Below are positions 56,966 through 60,201 of a DNA stretch of 60,201 nt, piece after piece. Both the position numbers and the translations under genes were made by a program. The stretch is from an uncultured Thermotogae bacterium (GTDB lineage Bacteria; Bipolaricaulota; Bipolaricaulia; UBA7950; UBA9294), in the NCBI GenBank assembly GCA_964528085.1, contig CAZGRE010000001.1, positions 20,633 through 80,833 on the forward strand. The letters are read 5' to 3'. The notes below the pieces were generated by a model that was not told where the DNA came from, ran no database searches, and worked only from the letters and a program-made list of their open reading frames with translations. The first letter of the stretch is position 1. Every line of letters begins with the position of its first letter.

Positions 56966-58107
56966 CGGAGGGGAGATCGAAGCTCCTGCGCGGGGTCCAT
57001 CGGACGCTGACCGGGCTCCACCCGGCCCTTGAATCGGTACTCGCCGGCGTGGTCGGGCTCTTGATCGGCGCGATTTTGATGTACATCTGGGGGTTCGATC
57101 CATGGAAGGCGTACATCGCCCTGTTCAAAGGAGCATACGGCGGATCGTACGAGATCTCGAGTTCGCTCGCCCGAGCGACCCCGCTGATCCTGACAGCGCT
57201 CACGTTCTCGATCTGCGTCCGAGCCGGGATGTTCAACATCGGGGCGGAGGGGCAGATGTACATGGGAGCGATCGCCTCGGTCGTCGTCGCCCTGTTCGTC
57301 CTCCCGCCCGGCGTCGGCCAGATCCTCGGGCTCGTCCTCGCCATGCTCGCTGGGGCGGCGTGGAGCCTGATCCCGGCCCTGCTCAAGATCACCCGCGGGG
57401 TGAACGAGGTCATCTCCACGATCATGTTCAACTGGATCGGGCGTTGGCTCGTCCTGTATCTAGCCATATTCGTCCTCGGCGACCCGAATCGGGCGGAGAA
57501 GACGATCAGCATCCCCACCGCCGCCCGGTTCCCCGTCCTCGTACGCGGGACCGACCTCTCTTACACGATCTTCGTCTCGATCGCTTTCGCCCTCGTCATC
57601 TACTTCATCCTCTGGCACACAGCGATCGGCTACGAGGTGCGCGCCGCCGGCCTCAACCCGACGGCGGCGAAGTACGGAGGGATAAAGAGTAGGAGGACGA
57701 TGCTCCTCGCGTTCGTCCTCGGGGGGTTCGCCGCCGGGCTCGCCGGAGCGACGATCGTCATGGGACTCCGCCCGACGTACGCGATCTACGGAGGCGGCGG
57801 TCTCCCGCAGCTGACTAACACCGGATTCGACGGGATGGCAGTGGCCATGGTTGGTAGGAACCATCCGATCGGGATACTGGTCGCCGCTCTATTCTTCGGC
57901 GGCCTGAACGCCGGTGGGAGGGTGATGCAGTTCTACGGCTCTAACCCGGTCCCACTCGAGATGGTCCGGGTTGTCATGGGGGCGATCGTCCTCGCCATGT
58001 CGATCCCTGAGCTGATCCGGATCTTCCCGGCGATGAAGCACGAAGGGGAGAGGTTCATCGGGCTCCTACGACGCCTTAAGCGCTCGCCAAAGGAGGGTTC
58101 GGCATGA
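56962..58107 (+). CDS. ABC transporter permease (BPD_transp_2 type)
   Basis: 381-aa polytopic protein. ATGA overlap with the ATPase gene. Confidence 0.85.
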   Translation: MTEGRSKLLRGVHRTLTGLHPALESVLAGVVGLLIGAILMYIWGFDPWKAYIALFKGAYGGSYEISSSLARATPLILTALTFSICVRAGMFNIGAEGQMYMGAIASVVVALFVLPPGVGQILGLVLAMLAGAAWSLIPALLKITRGVNEVISTIMFNWIGRWLVLYLAIFVLGDPNRAEKTISIPTAARFPVLVRGTDLSYTIFVSIAFALVIYFILWHTAIGYEVRAAGLNPTAAKYGGIKSRRTMLLAFVLGGFAAGLAGATIVMGLRPTYAIYGGGGLPQLTNTGFDGMAVAMVGRNHPIGILVAALFFGGLNAGGRVMQFYGSNPVPLEMVRVVMGAIVLAMSIPELIRIFPAMKHEGERFIGLLRRLKRSPKEGSA

Positions 58108-58997
58108 GCTTCAACGACATCATCAGCCTTCTGCGAATATCCCTTCACGCCATGGTACCGCTGACCCTGACAGCGATCGGGGAGATCGTCGGGGAGACGG
58201 CCGGGCTGTTCAACATCGGCCTGGAAGGGATGCTCCTCCTCTCCGCGTTCGCCGGGGCACTCGGTGCGGAGGCGGGCGGGCCGGCGGTCGGCCTGTTGAT
58301 CGGGATGGGGGTCGGAGGGGGGATCGGCCTCATCTTCTCGGTGATCAACACCTACTGGAAGGGAACGCAGATGGTGACCGGGATCGGGATAAACCTCTTC
58401 GCCATGGGAGTCGTGGCGTTCGGCCTGATCCAACTCGGGGCCCCCGGGTTCCACGACGTCCCGAAGGCGGCCGAGCTGACGAAGTGGCGGACGGCGATGG
58501 GATCGATCAGCCCGCTGATCGTCGTCGCACTCGTCCTCCCATTCCTGATCCATTGGTTCCTGAAACGGACGCGGGCCGGGCTGATCCTGAAGGCGGTCGG
58601 GGAGAACCCGGAGGCGGCGGACGTGGCCGGGATCAACGTGAACATGGTACGCCTCCTCGCCACCACCTTCGGCGGGACCCTCGCCGGTCTGGCCGGGGCG
58701 TACATGAGCGTGGGGTGGATGGGACTGGTGACGAAGGACCTGTCAGCCGGAAGGGGGTTCATCGCGCTGGCGTGCGTGGTATTCAGCGGGCTGAACCCGC
58801 TCCTCGCCCTCCTGGCCGGGTTCATCTTCGGGTTCTTCCAGGCGCTCGCCGAATGGGTGAAGACCCTCCCGGCCAAGCCGATCCCGAGCCAGTTCGTCTC
58901 GATGCTCCCCTACATCGTCACCCTCCTCGTCGTCTCAGGTGCGATAGGGAGGGTCCGGTTTCCGAAGGCGCTCGGTGAACCTTATAAGCGGGAGTAA
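58104..58997 (+). CDS. ABC transporter permease (BPD_transp_2 type)
   Basis: 297-aa polytopic protein. ATGA overlap with the preceding permease gene. Confidence 0.85.
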   Translation: MSFNDIISLLRISLHAMVPLTLTAIGEIVGETAGLFNIGLEGMLLLSAFAGALGAEAGGPAVGLLIGMGVGGGIGLIFSVINTYWKGTQMVTGIGINLFAMGVVAFGLIQLGAPGFHDVPKAAELTKWRTAMGSISPLIVVALVLPFLIHWFLKRTRAGLILKAVGENPEAADVAGINVNMVRLLATTFGGTLAGLAGAYMSVGWMGLVTKDLSAGRGFIALACVVFSGLNPLLALLAGFIFGFFQALAEWVKTLPAKPIPSQFVSMLPYIVTLLVVSGAIGRVRFPKALGEPYKRE

Positions 58998-59041
58998 ACC
59001 CCGTTCGACAAAGGAATAACCCCCCATCGGCAGAGCCATTC

Positions 59042-59069
59042 TGGACACAAAGCCGATATTAACTACAAT
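59042..59069 (+). promoter_or_regulatory. Sigma-70-type promoter of the second BMP locus
   Basis: TGGACA, 16-nt spacer, TACAAT. Confidence 0.45.
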
Positions 59070-59115
59070 GGCCCTAAGCCGTCAGCCGGACGGTTAAGTT
59101 CAAAAGGAGGTCAAG

Positions 59116-60153
59116 ATGAAACGGGTAGGATTGGTAGCGTTGCTGTTGGTCACGATGGGGGCCCTTGTTGCGTTCGCCGCCGATTATCCAAAGGTCGGCC
59201 TGATCCTCGCCACAGGCGGATTGGGTGACAAGTCGTTCAACGACCAAAGCTTCAAGGGAGCATCGGACGCGGCCGCGCAGATAGCGGCCCAGTACGGGGT
59301 GACGGTCGACGACGTCCTCGACTACGTCGAGCCGAGCGATATCTCCGAGTACGAAGGGTATCAGCTTCAGTTCGCCGACTCGGGCGACTACGACATCATC
59401 ATCTGCATCGGGTTCGACCAGGCGTCGGCCCTGGAGACGGTCGCGCCTCAGTATCCCGAGCAGAAGTTCGTGATCGTCGACATGGTAGTCATCGGCGACA
59501 ACATCGCCTCGGTCGTCACGAACGACTGGGAGGAGGCGTTCCTCGTTGGCGTCGCCGCCGGATATCTGACCAAGACGGACATCATCGGGTTCGAGGGAGG
59601 GATGGAGATCCCGCTGATCATCGGGTTCATGAAGGGGTACACCCAGGGGGCGCAGTGGGTGAACCCGGACGTGGAGGTCCTCGTCCGCTACGTGGGCGAA
59701 TGGGCGAACCCGACCCTCGGTGCTGAACTGGCGCGCGAGATGTACAACGCCGGGGCCGATTACATCTACGGGGCGGCCGGTAAGTCCCACCTCGGGGTGT
59801 TCACCGCCGCGGAGGAGAGCCCGAACCGGTACGCGTTCGGGACCGACGTCGACCAGGCGCTGACCGCACCTGAGCACGCCGACGTCATCGTCGGAAGCGG
59901 TCTGAAGCGGGTCGACCTCGCCGTCGAGTCGCAGATCCTCCGGATGGCGAACGGGACCTGGGCTCCCGGGATCTACAGCTACGGGATCACCTCCGAGTTC
60001 GGGTTCGGAACAGGAATTGCGATCGGCCACCTCGACGTGAACGACTACATCACGAAGAGCGCCTCGGAGGTGGAGGTCCCCTGCGAGCTGATCTTGAAGC
60101 TGATCGAGGCAGTGAACGGGATCAAAGACGGCTCGATCGTCATCGAACACTGA
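59116..60153 (+). CDS. Second BMP family ABC transporter substrate-binding protein
   Basis: Signal peptide, KVGLILATGGLGDKSFNDQSFKG. SD AAAGGAGGT. Confidence 0.85.
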   Translation: MKRVGLVALLLVTMGALVAFAADYPKVGLILATGGLGDKSFNDQSFKGASDAAAQIAAQYGVTVDDVLDYVEPSDISEYEGYQLQFADSGDYDIIICIGFDQASALETVAPQYPEQKFVIVDMVVIGDNIASVVTNDWEEAFLVGVAAGYLTKTDIIGFEGGMEIPLIIGFMKGYTQGAQWVNPDVEVLVRYVGEWANPTLGAELAREMYNAGADYIYGAAGKSHLGVFTAAEESPNRYAFGTDVDQALTAPEHADVIVGSGLKRVDLAVESQILRMANGTWAPGIYSYGITSEFGFGTGIAIGHLDVNDYITKSASEVEVPCELILKLIEAVNGIKDGSIVIEH

Positions 60154-60176
60154 TCCGACCGGATTAAGGCGGGTCG

Positions 60177-60201
60177 ATGCCTGAGTTTGCGGTAGAGATG
60201 A
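60177..60201 (+). CDS. Probable start of another ABC ATP-binding protein gene (8 codons only; partial)
   Basis: ATG CCT GAG TTT GCG GTA GAG ATG translates to MPEFAVEM. This resembles the xAVEMRGI N-termini of BMP-type ATPases, but it is too short to be sure. Confidence 0.3.

Overview
GC-rich bacterial chromosomal segment, densely packed with about 50 protein genes and one tRNA, almost all housekeeping. In order:
- nrdD (class III RNR)
- rpsT-secF-recJ
- mnmE-jag-yidC (minus strand)
- ribE-ribBA-ribH-hisS, then a PF04008 adenosine-kinase-family gene
- an ABC-2 exporter pair, a TatT-like lipoprotein, and a ferredoxin
- a long co-directional run: patatin, EamA, ahcY, ctp, gpsA, a geranylgeranyl-reductase-family gene, an O-antigen-ligase/TPR protein, secA
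- a PF04392-type ABC importer (minus strand)
- the CIRCE-controlled hrcA-grpE-dnaK-dnaJ operon
- rdgB/secG, pyrG-lptC-like-lptB, lgt/lnt
- a TolB/PKD protein and an ECF sigma/anti-sigma operon encoding secreted PKD/PEGA/DUF4384 proteins
- an orphan 448-aa gene coupled to mraY, then tRNA-Leu(CAG)
- a Crp-family regulator, a PAS histidine kinase and a response regulator
- two BMP-family (nucleoside-type) ABC loci

The gene content (lptB, lnt, lgt, long YidC, class III RNR, ferredoxin) suggests an anaerobic diderm bacterium.

I found no CRISPR array, transposase, integrase, prophage or recognisable defence system. I cannot point to a clear novel multi-gene system.

The most unusual observations are:
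1. nrdD is split by a +1 frame change that separates the glycyl-radical motif from the enzyme body.
2. A roughly 380-nt hairpin-rich non-coding spacer lies between two convergent genes.
3. A roughly 165-nt promoter-to-terminator leader or sRNA lies upstream of the PF04392 ABC operon, back to back with the hrcA promoter.
4. An uncharacterised 448-aa protein overlaps the mraY start by 4 nt.
5. An ECF sigma operon has an anti-sigma factor carrying an extracytoplasmic CBM48/AMPK-beta-like domain.

All functional calls come from reading the translated ORFs against remembered family signatures. No database search was run.
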